Shown here: piece after piece, positions 25,301 to 36,969 of the stretch
Numbering within the stretch: the stretch's first letter is position 1
Layout: every line of letters starts with the position of its first letter
Source: Dendrobates tinctorius
Lineage: Eukaryota
Assembly (NCBI RefSeq): GCF_039654945.1
Contig: NW_027361677.1
Location: 21,638,001-21,702,000 of the forward strand
DNA: 64,000 bases
Reading direction: 5' to 3'
Translations under genes and position numbers: made by a program
Notes under the pieces: generated by a model
Seen by the model: only the letters and a program-made list of their open reading frames with translations
The model's database searches: none
Told to the model about the DNA's origin: nothing

Positions 25301-28300
25301 GTTCTGCCCAGCGTAATATCTTGGCCACTTCTGACATTACTTGTTTGCTGCGCGTGCCCCCCTGATGGTTTATGTACGCCACAGCCGTGGCGTTGTCCGA
25401 CTGAATACGGACCGGCTTGCCGGAGAGGAGGGGCTGCCAATAAAGAGGGGCCAAGAAAATTGCCCTGATCTCCAAAAGATTGATTGGAAGGAGAGACTCC
25501 TGTGGCTTCCAGCGGCCTTGGGCCGCTTTCTGATGGAACACGGCTCCCCATCCTAGGAGGCTCGCATCGGTGGGGATGATTTGCTACTGAGGCGGAAGAA
25601 AGGACCTCCCTTGGAGAACTGACGCTGGCCGTAGCCACCAAGCGAGAGACTGCCTCACTCTGAGAGGAAGCCGAATAGGACGGTCCAAGGACATCGTGGT
25701 CTTGTCCCAGGCTGAAAGCAGAGACAGCTGGAGGGGGCGAAGGTGAAACTGCGCAAAGGGCACTGCTTCCATGGAGGCCACCTTCTTCCCCAGGACCTTC
25801 ATGCAGAACCGAATAGGAATGGGAGCAGGCCTCTTGAGAGTTCTGATGCCCTTGGACAGAGTTGTAAATTTTTCCTTTGGAAGAAAAACACGGGCTAGCT
25901 CCGTGTCGAATTCCATACCCAGAAAGGTCAGACGCTGGGAGGGGATCAGAATGGACTTCTCCTTGTTGACCAGCCAACCTAGGCGGCTGAGAGTGTCCAG
26001 GGTTATCTGAAGGCTCCGGAGACAGTCCTAGAGAGACGAACCCTTGATCAAAAGATCGCTCCAGAGGGATGCTCATCATCCCTTATCTGGACGAAAGATG
26101 GCCATGACGGTCGCCATCACCTTCGTGAAAACCCGGGGCGCTGAAGCCAGGCCGAAAGGAAGAGCTGTGAACTGAAAATGGTCTCCCTGAAACGCAAATC
26201 GAAGATACTTCTGATGTTGCACACATATTGGAATGTGCAGATAGGCATCCCGAATGTCCACCGAGCAGAGAAATTCCCTGGGCTCCATGGAAGCAATCAC
26301 CGACCGAAGAGACTCCATCCTAAAATGAAGAATCTTCACGTGGCGATTGAGCAATTTGAGGTCCAGAATAGGACGAAGAGAGCCGTCTTTCTTCGGGACT
26401 ACAAAGATATTGGAGTAGAACCCGGAAAACCGTTCGTCTGAGGGAACGGGAACAATGACTCCGGCGGAAAGGAGGGAGGAAATGGCCTGCAGAAAACCCG
26501 GAACCTGGGCCCGCTGTCGCGGAGGCCGAGACCGGAAAAACCGTCTGTTCGGGAGTGAAGCAAATTCGATTTTGTAACCGGATGCGACGAGTTCTCTGAC
26601 CCAAGCGTCGTCTACAACGGACAGCCAAGCATCCGCGAAAAAGGAAAGTCTGCCGCCCACCCTGGAAGAAATTCCAGGTGGGGGTGACCCGTCACTTAGA
26701 CGAAAATCTGCCGGAATTGGCTCCTGCAGATCTGGAATATTGTCCTCTAGATCTCCAGCGAGGAGCGGGTTTGTAGGAAGGTTTCCTCTGATCCCGCTCC
26801 CTGGTGGCAGGCGGCCGATCCTGTTGAGTGGCTCTCTCCGTGGCAGGGAAGGGACGAAAGGGCCTGAATGGTCGAAACCCCCTTCTGTTGAAGGGACGTT
26901 TTGGTCGAGACTGGGGAAGCGAAGTACTTTTACCTCCAGTGGCATCGGAAATTATCTGATCCAGCTTTGCTCCAAAGAGCCTAGAGCCATGGAATGGCAG
27001 ATTGGTAAGCGACTTTTTCGAAGTAGTGTCCGCATTCCATGACTTTAGCCAAAGGACTCGGCGTACAGCTACTATGTTGCTGTTAGCCCTTGCTACGCAG
27101 CCGGCCGCGTCCAAGGAGGCGGCCAAAAGGTATTTTCCCGCCTGGTTAATCTGATCTGCAAGATCTGCTAACTCGTCTTGAGGAGCTGACGCTAAGATGC
27201 CTCTGCGAAGAATTTTTACCCAAGCGGAAATGACCTTCGCCACCCAGGCGGATGCGAAAATAGGGCAGAGAGAGGCGCCAGATGCCTCAAAGATTGAATC
27301 TCTGGCTAAGTCTATCTGCCTGTCAGTAGGATCTTTGAGCGATGCCCCGTCAGGCAGCGAGAGTACCGTTTTAGAGGCTATCCGGGATACTGGAGGATCT
27401 ACCTCTGAAGCCTTGGACCACTTAGAGAGCAGTTCTGCGTCAAAGGGGTACAGAACGTCCAAGTACTTGCGGCCTGAGAAACGTTGCTCAGGGCGCTCCC
27501 AGTGTTTGGATAAGGTAGTATCGAAATCGTTGTGATTGGAAATGTTCGAGACGGAGGTCTGGCTCGTCTAAGGAGAACCGAGCTTTCCTGAGCTGGAGCC
27601 TCATCCTGTTTAAGCTTTAGTGTTTGGAAGATAGCTGCAAGAAGACTATCGACCATGTCCCGCGTTTTAGAAACGCTGTTCCCCTCTGAGCTAGCTTCCG
27701 AATGAGAATCATCGCCTGACTGAAGGCTGTCCTCTGAGGAAGGAGAAGGAGGCCTGGGAGCGGAAGGGCCCTGCGAGCTCGAAGACGAAGTGGACAGAGC
27801 CCGCTTCCTAGAAGTCCTTCCCTGTCTGTCTCTCTGAAGGTCGCGGTCAGGTGCGGACGACTCACCCCGAGAGGTGGTCGGGGCAGAGGTGGCTGAGGAT
27901 AGCTGAGGTAATCGTTCTAAGACCTGGACCAGCGACTGTGATACTTTTGTCAAGTCAGAAACAGACTGTGACATTGTAACGGCCCACTCCGGAGGGAGAG
28001 AGGAGGGAAGAGCGCCCTCCGCCCGAGATTCTGTGCGTTCCTGAGATGCTGACATATTGGAAGGACTGCAGGGGGGGCAGAATGGGGACGACTGACCCGA
28101 TGCCCACTTCTTTTTACAGCGCGCACAGGCGTAATAGGTAGCGGTGGGCCTGAAGCAGAGATCCCCTGAAGGGTTGGGCATAAGTGAACTGCACTGAATG
28201 GCCGCAGAAATTAGGGAATAACTGCCGAGGAGAGCTAATCCCTGTCCCAGAGCCGAGCCTACCGAGATTCTGTGCGAGCAGCAGAAGAAACGCCGAAGTG

Positions 28301-31300
28301 TCCCCCAAGCAGCGCAGGAAGGAGTGAAAAACCAGGAAATCCTTGTGCTGGAAGATGGGGGGCGGAGCTTAGCGGCTGCGCCGTGATTGGCTACCAGCGA
28401 CGGAGGGGGCATGACAGAGAGGGGAGGCTGGCATTCCAAAGAGAAAGAAGCCCTGTGATGGGCTAGAAAAGGCGCGCTGAGGAACGGAGGAGGGAGCAGA
28501 GAAATTCCCCTGGCTGAGGGGAAAGTGAAAGTGACGGCGCCCGCGCCGGCGCTGCAACCCCTTGCCCACCCCGACATACCGCGCTCAGGAAGTAATATGA
28601 AGCGGTCCCCTGCTTGCGACGCTGCTGCGGTGAGTGAAGGGATCCGCAGCGTCTCCCTGACTAGAAGAGGGGAAGGGATAGTGTCCGCATTCCATTGTGT
28701 GAGCGCGCGGCAGGCAGAAAGGGCGGGAGATTCAAAAACAGTGGACCTGTAATCCCAAGGTCCAACTTCTCCCTTGCACTGAAGCCTATGCGGGGCCGGA
28801 GGGAACGTACAGGCACTTACCTGACGTCCCTGAAGAGGATGACCACAGGGGCTCACGGGGAAACGGCAGGCCGCTGGGGGGAAGGGAGTCCTCTGTACCC
28901 GCATCCTGCAGAAGACGGCTTGAACCACCTGCGATCGCCGTCTTCCTCTCAGCCCTGTCCCGAGAGGGGTGAGGAGGGGGATTCGGCAAGGACCAGCCAC
29001 CTGTCCACAACCCTTATCACCGGAAGGTGATAGGGAAAAGTCCTGCCTGCGGTACTGAGAGTTGCGATGTGGATGACACCACACTGCTCGCTCAGCCGCA
29101 TGATATAGGAAATCAGGGTGATAAGTATACCCTGTTTCCCAACGGAAAAACCTAAAAGATAAAAAGAAAAGATTAAAAAGTTCAAACTAAACCCTGAAAG
29201 GAAAAATTGGATTAATAACTGCGGATCTGGGAGATCCCGGTCCGCCTCCTACAGACACTAAGCACAAACTGGGGTGCTTGGTGCCTGTCGGTGGGTGTAT
29301 ACTGCCGGGGAGGAGCTAATTTTCTGTTTTTGCTTAGTGTCAGCCTCCTAGCAGCAGCAGCATACACCCATGGTATTCTGTGTCCCCCAATAAGGCGATA
29401 AAGAAATAACGCTCACTGATTAGCAATGTGGATTTCCAATTGAAATCAATGTGAAGAGTATTGGAAAGCAAATCCACATAGAAAAAAATATCGTCATTTG
29501 GAAACCATAGCGGGTGGCCATGTACCAGTTAGCGCCATTGAATGAGGCTATTCCACATCCAGACTATGGCAAAGCCGCAGCATAACTGATCCTTTTTACT
29601 ATTTCATATATTTGTCACATGTTGTGTATTCGTCTCCACAGGGTCCTCCCATCCTGTGCATCTTTTGGCTGCAAGTTCGGATGGATCCCTGCTGGCAGTG
29701 GCTTCTGCCAACTCTCAGATTGATGTATTTAATGTGAAGGAGCTGAAGGTGCGTGGCATCTCCTTTATTAATGCAGTTTGCAGAAATTACCAGTGTGTTA
29801 TGTTCTTTGAATTAACCCCATGATGTCTTTACTGTAGTATGAATGTTCAGTACCTCAGTACAGTTCTCCTCCTACTGCAATCAGTATCCATCCATCCATT
29901 AATGACCTGGTGATTGCTCACGCCGATCAGCAGGTAGGTGCAACTCCGTCCTGGGAAACACGTTCTTCAGGTGTGGCCGTAGGATACAACTTTTGATGTT
30001 CCGTCTCTCGCCCCCCAGGTCCTGGAGTTCAGCATTGCTAAAAAGCAGTACACAGACTGGAGTCGAAAAGTTCTACAGTATGGCCTCCATCGCGATTGGG
30101 TGGAGCGTGATACGCCAATCACGGGCATCACGTTTAACCCCTCGCGGCCTGATCATATTCTTATGCATGATAACTATATGTTCTGTGTCTTGGACAAGTC
30201 CTTGGTAAGTAGCAGTACTGCATGAGATCTGCATCGACAGAGAAATTACATTTTTTTTTTTTTTCTGCTGTTGGTTGCCGATGAAATAAAATGTTATATT
30301 TTTTTTGATCATTTAACAATAAGAAGTTTTCATGGTTGGCCAATAGCAAAAAAAGAAAAGACTACTTTTTTTTTTTTTCATATATATATTTAAAAAAAAA
30401 AAAATGTTTTTATGTTGTAGCATGCATCCATATATCATTGTATTTACTATTTTTTTCCAGCCTCTGCCAGATGATAAAACAGCCCTCGTCAACCAGAAGT
30501 CGCTGAAGCAGCTTTCGGAGAGTGCGAGGCGAAGTCACGCTCATGCCTTTAAAATAACCAGAAAGTTTCAGGTAGGACATCGATCCTTAGTTTTCAAAAG
30601 TTTGGAGAGTTATCTGATCTGTGATAGATCAAACATTGGGACTCACAAATGATCCCTAAAACAGGGATGTCAGAATAGACAGTTTACCACACGTCCCACT
30701 AAAGGGGTATTCACACTTTAAATTTAGGCTGAGTGCACACGTACTTTTTTGCCCTGCGGATTTTTCCGCGCAGAATGGAAGAAATCCGCAGGTCAAATGA
30801 CCTGCATTTTTCCTGCGGATTTCTTCCATTTTTTTCATGCGGTTTTCCATTGCGTTTATCCCCCTGCGGATTTGGTGACAGGGGAGATGGGAAAACCGCA
30901 CAAAAGAAGTAACATGCTGCAGATTTTGTACCGTGGAAAAATCCGCAGCGTCTGCACAGCGTTTTTTTTCCATTCATTTTAAGGCTACTGTACATCACAA
31001 TGCTGATATGCAACGTTTCTGCGCGGTAAAATCCGCTGCGGATCCGCTGCAAATCTGCATCGTGTGCACACAGCCTAAAGCTTTCTTGTTTTATAAAGAG
31101 AAGTTCTGAAACTTATTCTAATATACGTTGTGCTTCAGTTTCTCAATATTGAGATTTCTGCTTATTGTCAGTGAATAAAAACCCGTATAGGTCTCGATAC
31201 TGAAAACCTCCATAATAGTAATCTGAGTATTTGCGACACTATTGTCCAGACTAGACATTACTTTGAGTAACACAATCTATATATTTTTAAGGTTTTTATT

Positions 31301-31514
31301 TGATTTTTTTCCTTTTAACTGACATTTATTTTTTTTTCTCTTCCCTTCTCCCCGTTTTATTTATTAACCCTTCCGGTTGTTGTTGGACGCCCTGCAGCCT
31401 TTGCTTTTCATGGACTTGTTGGACGACGGGGAGTTAGTTCTGGTGGAGAGACCCTTCACTGACATCCTGACTCGGCTGCCTCCACCGATGAAACAGAAGA
31501 AATTTGCAACGTAA
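16329..31514 (+). CDS. utp4: UTP4 small subunit processome component (cirhin, WD40); coding exons 16329-16487, 16606-16800, 16895-16979, 17078-17167, 18445-18656, 18737-18908, 18998-19089, 19165-19261, 20888-20952, 21199-21321, 21415-21565, 29642-29748, 29838-29933, 30019-30204, 30461-30571, 31398-31514 (685 aa)
   Basis: Starts MGEFTVHRVRFFDYVPSGVRC, contains HTHDVRAVAH, ends LVERPFTDILTRLPPPMKQKKFAT*. Sixteen GT-AG exons sum to 2058 nt in a continuous frame. Confidence 0.96.
19504..19973. mobile_element. Tc1/pogo-type non-autonomous element
   Basis: TA-flanked imperfect TIR CTGTATTTTGCAGATTATAAGACACAC / GTGCATCTTGTAATCCAAAAAATATAG. Confidence 0.65.
20025..20196 (+). mobile_element. Miniature DIRS-like element: two 86-bp units built from terminal-type sequences, core inverted between units
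   Basis: Units 20025-20110 and 20111-20196 begin with TTTCT and end with ...TTACC(G/T)GTAAG-like sequence, resembling the termini of the DIRS at 23355-29406. Confidence 0.55.
22567..23250 (+). mobile_element. Non-coding Penelope-like relic with inverted 5' duplication (254-bp arms) and degenerate hammerhead
   Basis: Arms 22567-22820 and 22997-23250 are reverse complements with one mismatch seen. The spacer starts with CCCAGGACGAAGCTAAGGCGAAACGCGCGTCGGGG; AATAAA at 23212. Confidence 0.75.
23794..24790 (-). pseudogene. DIRS tyrosine recombinase, frameshifted
   Basis: ARKPASSRIY, WDLNLVL, SIRRVSELAAL, LDVVRAL, RAHSTRAVAASWA, ATWSSLHTFTRFY (R-HxxR-Y residues) spread across two frames. Confidence 0.9.
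24788..26700 (-). pseudogene. DIRS RT / RNase H / adenine-methyltransferase-like region, disrupted
   Basis: GFYSNIFVVPKKDGSLRPILDL, VDIRDAYLHIPI, LPFGLASAPRVFTK, INLLEIRAI, IQSDNATAVAYINHQGGT, VDLMAS, YLFPP. Broken by an inversion, a stop codon and frameshifts. Confidence 0.9.
26692..28181 (-). pseudogene. DIRS ORF1 (gag-like), frameshifted near 27400-27540
   Basis: N-terminal CxxC...CxxC (YYACARCKK...FCPPC), Ser/Pro-rich linker, then VDPPV...LKDPTDR...VRRVLWLKSW...LPFHGSRLFG typical of vertebrate DIRS ORF1; split over two frames. Confidence 0.8.
30727..31075. mobile_element. Harbinger-like MITE (related to 13539-13829)
   Basis: TIR GGCTGAGTGCACACG / CGTGTGCACACAGCC, flanked by TTA/TAA. Confidence 0.75.
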
Positions 31515-31683
31515 AGCTGCATCCAGATCTTTCTGTACAGATTTATCAAATTGTCTTATTATAACGAGGAGGTCCGAAGATTGGACAGGAGACCGGGAAT
31601 GGACCGTGTGTAAAAAGCTGCACAAGAGGTTAATTATTTTTTTTTTTTAAGGACTGAAAATGACGTCTCTGTCCATTTCCACC

Positions 31684-31689
31684 ATTAAA
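31684..31689 (+). terminator. Candidate UTP4 polyadenylation signal ATTAAA
   Basis: 170 nt after the stop codon, followed by GT/T-rich sequence. No transcript support. Confidence 0.4.
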
Positions 31690-34501
31690 CATCTACATGT
31701 GGCCTTGCTTTGGTTCCAGAGTTTTTTTTATGTTTGCTATGGAATATTTAGCCCAAGCATTAAAGTATTTGTGGGAAACATAAACCAGGGAGGAGGGTGA
31801 AAACTTTTCCTTTCTGTATGGGAAGCTGCAGGGTTAACGGGAAATTGTAATCAAAACTTCCTGCGTTATCGGCTGCTGTTGGTTGAACGCCTGGTGTCTT
31901 TACTTTGTGGTTTGTTAGAAAATTAGTTTTTTGTTTTTTTTTTTTTGTAACAATATTACAATTCTGATGACCTGGGCGCAGCGATTGAATAGGACCACGT
32001 CCATGACGGTCAGCCTGCTGGCCGGGGTCAGAGCACTTAGCAACCACTAATTGTTGGTAAAACTCCCTCATTATTTATTTACAGCAGTCATTTCACGCTG
32101 GGTTCTTCATTAAGACTGCCGGCTGACGTTTCCCTTTACAAACTGCAATAATAGCATTATACGTGGTGAATTGATTCGTATGAGCAAATGTCAAGGAAAG
32201 GAATCGGCATCAAATCACTTTTTGTAGAAAGTGACCAAGTGAAGAATGCTCTTTTTGCAGAAATGAAGACAAAACCTTAGTCTATATTTCTTTATCGCTT
32301 CCTACTAACTACTGTTAACCGTCATTCAGACGTCCGATGTTTCTACGAAGGAGAAAAAAGGGACCATTTTGTTAAATCGGATTTTTGTGGTCCAAGTATC
32401 ATCGCCAAGAAAAAAAATTCCCCGCCTTGTCTTTGTAAATTGAACCGCACTCTGATGTCATCTGAGCACAGTTCGATATTTTATTTTTCACAGGCCCATA
32501 CACTTGCATTGCCGATTTTGATCTGACTCTCTTATCAGTCGGATGTGTCTTCGTGATTTTCCGCGGACTGAAGAATCACAGACATGTGAAATGCCCCATA
32601 GACTATCACACGTATGAGTGCTATCCGTGAAAACCACAGAGAGCGCTCGGACACAAAAATCTGTTGTCTGACTGAGCCCTAGCTCTGTATATAGGACAAA
32701 CAACGGCTCCTGCAAAACCCTAAAAGATGACCACGTTGTGTTGCAATAAACTGCCACCATTATTGATTATGTGCGGGGTCTGAGCAGCAAATAGGATGGG
32801 GCTAAACAAGACAACCCTTTAACAATAATTCTCTGAAAATAGCATCCTTTAACATGGCGTGAGAATAATCAGGATTCATGAGTTCCTGGCATAGGGATAG
32901 CGAAGGATGTTTTCACTATTTCTGCACTTGAAGTTCCGCACCTAAATTAATTTTTGCGGATATCGCTGTGGTTGCTGTTGCGGATTTAGCGCCAAATTCA
33001 TCCTTTCAATTGAGAAAAGTAAGATCATGATATCCGCGGCATAAATTGACATGGAGCAGATGTAAAATCTCCCAGTACTTCTCTCCGCAGCACGTGGATG
33101 AGATTTGATAATGGTGCTGGTGCTATAATCCCCTGCGGCGTCTTTCTCACTTTTATTAGTCCTGGCTCATCTGTGTTTATAGTGATCATTGTACTTTGCA
33201 GGACGTGTGTGAGTTAAATTTGCAGATCTCGGAGAGTGCATCCTCAGGAAGGAAGGAAGGAACGCCTCGTGTTCGTGCCGGGCTTCCCAGATAAGCAGCT
33301 GTCACAAGTCACAGATTCGCTGTGTGCAGTTCACTTATTTCTTGTATCTGGGAATGGAGCTTTTGAGGGCTGAGCGTTCTGGGAAGTTATATGCTGGCAG
33401 CTATGGGATGTTTTCCTATAGTGCATTGCCACGTAGTAAACACTAGTCCTGTTCTTGTACACACAGCACTGACAAGAAGGGTGAATTAAAGTGATGAGTT
33501 AAAAATGGGGCTATGCTCACACTGACGGCAGTGCGTATTACATATCCCCCCTCTATTTAGTCTCTATCCCATTTCCAAAATGGATAGAGACTAGAAATGA
33601 GCGATTTGCTAGACACTGCACCCGTCTGGCATCCAGTCCTGAGTTGAGTCATGACATCGTAAGAGGCCACGGAGGACTGGCCTGGATGCCGCACTAAGCC
33701 AGTGTGTTATCAAAGTGCTCAGACCTTATAAATACAGATACAGACCCTTGTATCCCTCCCCATTGTAAAATGATTCTAATATTACATCTCGTCTTGTATG
33801 CACAGACCCCCAATATATATAATAGGGAAGACCTCCCTGAAAAAGTTAGACTCCCCTTGCATTATACAGCCCCCTAAAATGTACACATGAGCACATTGTC
33901 TCAAATAGCAGTGCCCTATAGCTATACTGGCTACAAGGGCAAGCTTCCATTTCCTTCCCCCATACCCCCAGAGTAAGAAGCACTGCCTGAGCTATTGCGA
34001 TAAGTGGGGCTCTCCAGAGTCTGTCCTGTGGCCAGTAGGGTCCTAATATGGGCTTGAACCACTTTGGGTTATTTCATTTCATTTTCTACGGCTGCCCCAA
34101 ATCATAATGCTGCTCCCTAGTAAGGTTTTCAGATCTGATGCGACTTTATATACGGTTTGGAAAAAGTTATTTGAAACTCTTTGAAAGTTTTTTGATTATA
34201 AGCCGTGTAGAAGAAGTGACTTTTTCCATGGCAAAGTATCATCACTTCATCAGGGGAAAAGAAAAAACATGCCACTCTCCAAATCCTTTACATATACCAC
34301 AGGAGAAATCTTAAAAGAAAAAAAAAAAGAATAAAAGTCGAGAAAAATCTGGGAGTGAAACTGTGTGTGCAGCAGGAAATATTTATACTTTGCAGAACTG
34401 TGAACATTCACAATGATTGTGAGATCTGCTAATCGCCTGACCTCACAGGAAGCCTCGCTAAGAGACCGCAGCAGAAAACTGGGCCGGCAGTGACACTCTT
34501 G

Positions 34502-34802
34502 GGCTATGTGCACACGGTGCAGATTTTTCCGCAATCCGCAGGTCAAAAGACCTGCAGTTTACCTGCGGATTAGCCTGCGGTTTTGCCCAGCGGTTTATCA
34601 CCTCCACAATGGAGGAGATGGTAAACCGCAGCGGAATCCGTAGAAAAGAATCACATGTCTATCTGCGGATTTGAAACCGCAGCAAAAACCGCGCAGAAAA
34701 ATCTGCACCGTCTGCACAGCGGTTTCAATTTTGCATAGGCTAGAATGGTACTGTACATCACCTGCAGTTCTGCTGCGGATCCGCACCGTGTGCACAGAGC
34801 CT
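34502..34802. mobile_element. Harbinger-like MITE (same family)
   Basis: TIR GGCTATGTGCACACGGTGC / GCACCGTGTGCACAGAGCC; TTA on the right flank. Confidence 0.75.
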
Positions 34803-36779
34803 TACTCTGAACATTCGGGATTATATTCTCTATGCGCAGCTACTCAGACCGAAAAGTAAAACTCTGGTTTGGAGCAATTTAAAAAAATCTGAGGGAATTG
34901 CTCAAATGGCAATTACCTGATATAATCCAAGGTTACATTAGGAGAATAAAGACTTTTTTTTTGGCTCCTGCTCGTGGATTACCCTCTATCCTGCCCCACT
35001 TATGTGCAACTACAAATCCCAGCATGCACAAAGCTGCAGAAAGTCATTGAGACTTGTATTTTTTTTATTTTTTCCAGATTGATGATATAACTTCTTCCAC
35101 TTGCAGATGTTATAATAGTTGCAATCGCTTCTTATGCAAGTTCCAACCCAGATTCACGTACATGACACAAGAGAGCGCTTCCCCTTTTTTTCTCTGTATT
35201 TGTATTTCTAGTTTCCCCTTTGAATAATTGCACTACCAGATCCAGCCTACTGACCGGAGAGGCGCTGTTTCCTCTGATGATCTGCACTATGTCAAGCAGT
35301 GACTGTTTTTTCACTTTCGCTTGGCATGTTTTCCCTTTATTAAAAATAAAAAAAAATGCAGATATTTGGCAGGGGAGTATGCAGATGATATCCATCAGAG
35401 GCCGTACACCTGCTTGTGTAGCGCCTTCACCCCCCGGGCAGCGCGGAAAGAAGAATGCAAATAATCAACATCGGCTTAGGCTTGGACGTGACCTTCAGGA
35501 AATTCTCATAAGGCTTCAGGGAGAATGTGATATGTGGGCAGGATAAATGGTGGCATTATTAACGGGTGTCTGCAGAGGGTGTGCTGGTCATAGATGGGCC
35601 CTAAAGTCTAAGGGGGTCCACAAGATCCCCCCGCCACATAGGGGACCAGTACGTGAACACCATTAAGCGCTCCGGATTTTAACATTGTTGGGTCAGATCA
35701 TCGATGCCGTGGGCCCATAGCGGCATAGGGTGGTCTACACCTGAGCTGTGCCCCCCAGTGCAGTCTCGGAGCGTCGGCCTGGATGGGGTCGGCTATCTGC
35801 TAACGTGCAGACGGCTGGAACACCTCCAGAATGTCAGCTTTAGTGTCTGGATCATTTTCCTAGCGGAGAGGATCTTACATACTTTAAGATCTTTAATGGG
35901 GTATTCAGATTAAAAATATATATATTTTTCACCCTTTAAATCCCTCATCTGATCCTGCAGCGACATCTCCTTGTTGACCACTGCAGCCAATCACTGACCT
36001 CAGCATTGATACTTGGGGTCACCACTGTGGCTATTGATTGGCTGCAGCGGTTAGGAGAACTGGACCTATTGGACCCTTCCAGGACCCGAGTGCACCTATC
36101 ATAGTCCTCCCCTGCATAGAGCTGATCTCAGCCAATGACTGAGAGGAAGGTGATTCCTAATGGATCGGCCATCAAACCGCTATATCCGTGCGGTGGGACG
36201 TGCGGGGTCTTGTCGCTGCCCATACATGAGTGGTCCGGCCCTTCTCTCTCCATAGCGGCCATCTGCAGGCTATGGGGGTCTTCACTCCTGGAGCCGCACT
36301 GATCACAATTAGCCTATGTTCACACAATACGGTTTTTTTTTCTGCATTCAATAACGCCCATTTTGCAGCATTTTTTTCGCTTTTTTTGCGCTCAGATTAC
36401 ATTTGTGCTCTGTCTACACTCCGTGTTTATTAAAGTCAGTTTTATGCACCAGAATCGGGTTTTTTCCCATCGTTTCGTCACTTTCTCATTGCTTTTTATG
36501 GGTGACAAATGCTGAAAAAAGACCAAAAGAATTGATATAACAAACTCAGCAGTTCTCATATTCATCCAGGATTAAAAAAAAAACATTGAATTACTGACAA
36601 CGCCTAGCTTCTGTTTGCACTGCCAAAAAAAATGCAGAAAAAAATGCTGCATGTGAACACAGCCTTAGGAGGAAACTTTAGAAAAGCCATTTCTTCAGTT
36701 GTAATAAATATAAAGGCTCTAGAAAGTTTGGGAACAATTACTTCATGGGGGATACAAGTATTTGGTGGATCAGGAGGGA

Positions 36780-36969
36780 GGAGAGGTGTAAACTGATGGA
36801 CTGGGGTGCGTTATTAAACCGCCTCTGTGGGACGTGTGACCTGTGCCTGGCCCCCTGCTGGCATGTGTGCTATTAGCCACCAGGTGGCGCTGCGCAGCGT
36901 GTGCGGGAGGAGGGAGCCGCCGCCGCCGCCGCTGACACTGGCAGGAAGTGTGCACGGGAGGCAGCGACC
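36780..36969 (+). promoter_or_regulatory. SNTB2 CpG-rich promoter/5'UTR with two CTCF-like motifs and an ETS site
   Basis: GCCCCCTGCTGG 36850-36861 (CCAGCAGGGGGC on the minus strand), CCACCAGGTGGCGC 36877-36890, CAGGAAGTG ~36942-36950, and a GCC run before the ATG. Confidence 0.65.

Larger units (their letters stand above)
23355..29406 (-). mobile_element. DIRS1-like tyrosine-recombinase retrotransposon, full length (~6.05 kb) but disrupted, in UTP4 intron 12
   Basis: ITRs ~23405-23530 and ~29266-29391. Internal complementary region 23634-23733 reproduces both termini joined through a shared TTT. Gag, RT, RNase H, methyltransferase-like and YR remnants are on the minus strand. Confidence 0.96.

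Noticed and set aside
28182-29084. N-terminal half of the 561-aa ORF as real protein
   Set aside because: GC-rich DIRS leader without recognisable motifs; gag-like sequence begins around the ATG at 28181.
31960-32035. TGATGA-containing stem as a C/D snoRNA or SECIS element
   Set aside because: No properly placed D box or SECIS core, only weak pairing, and not intronic.
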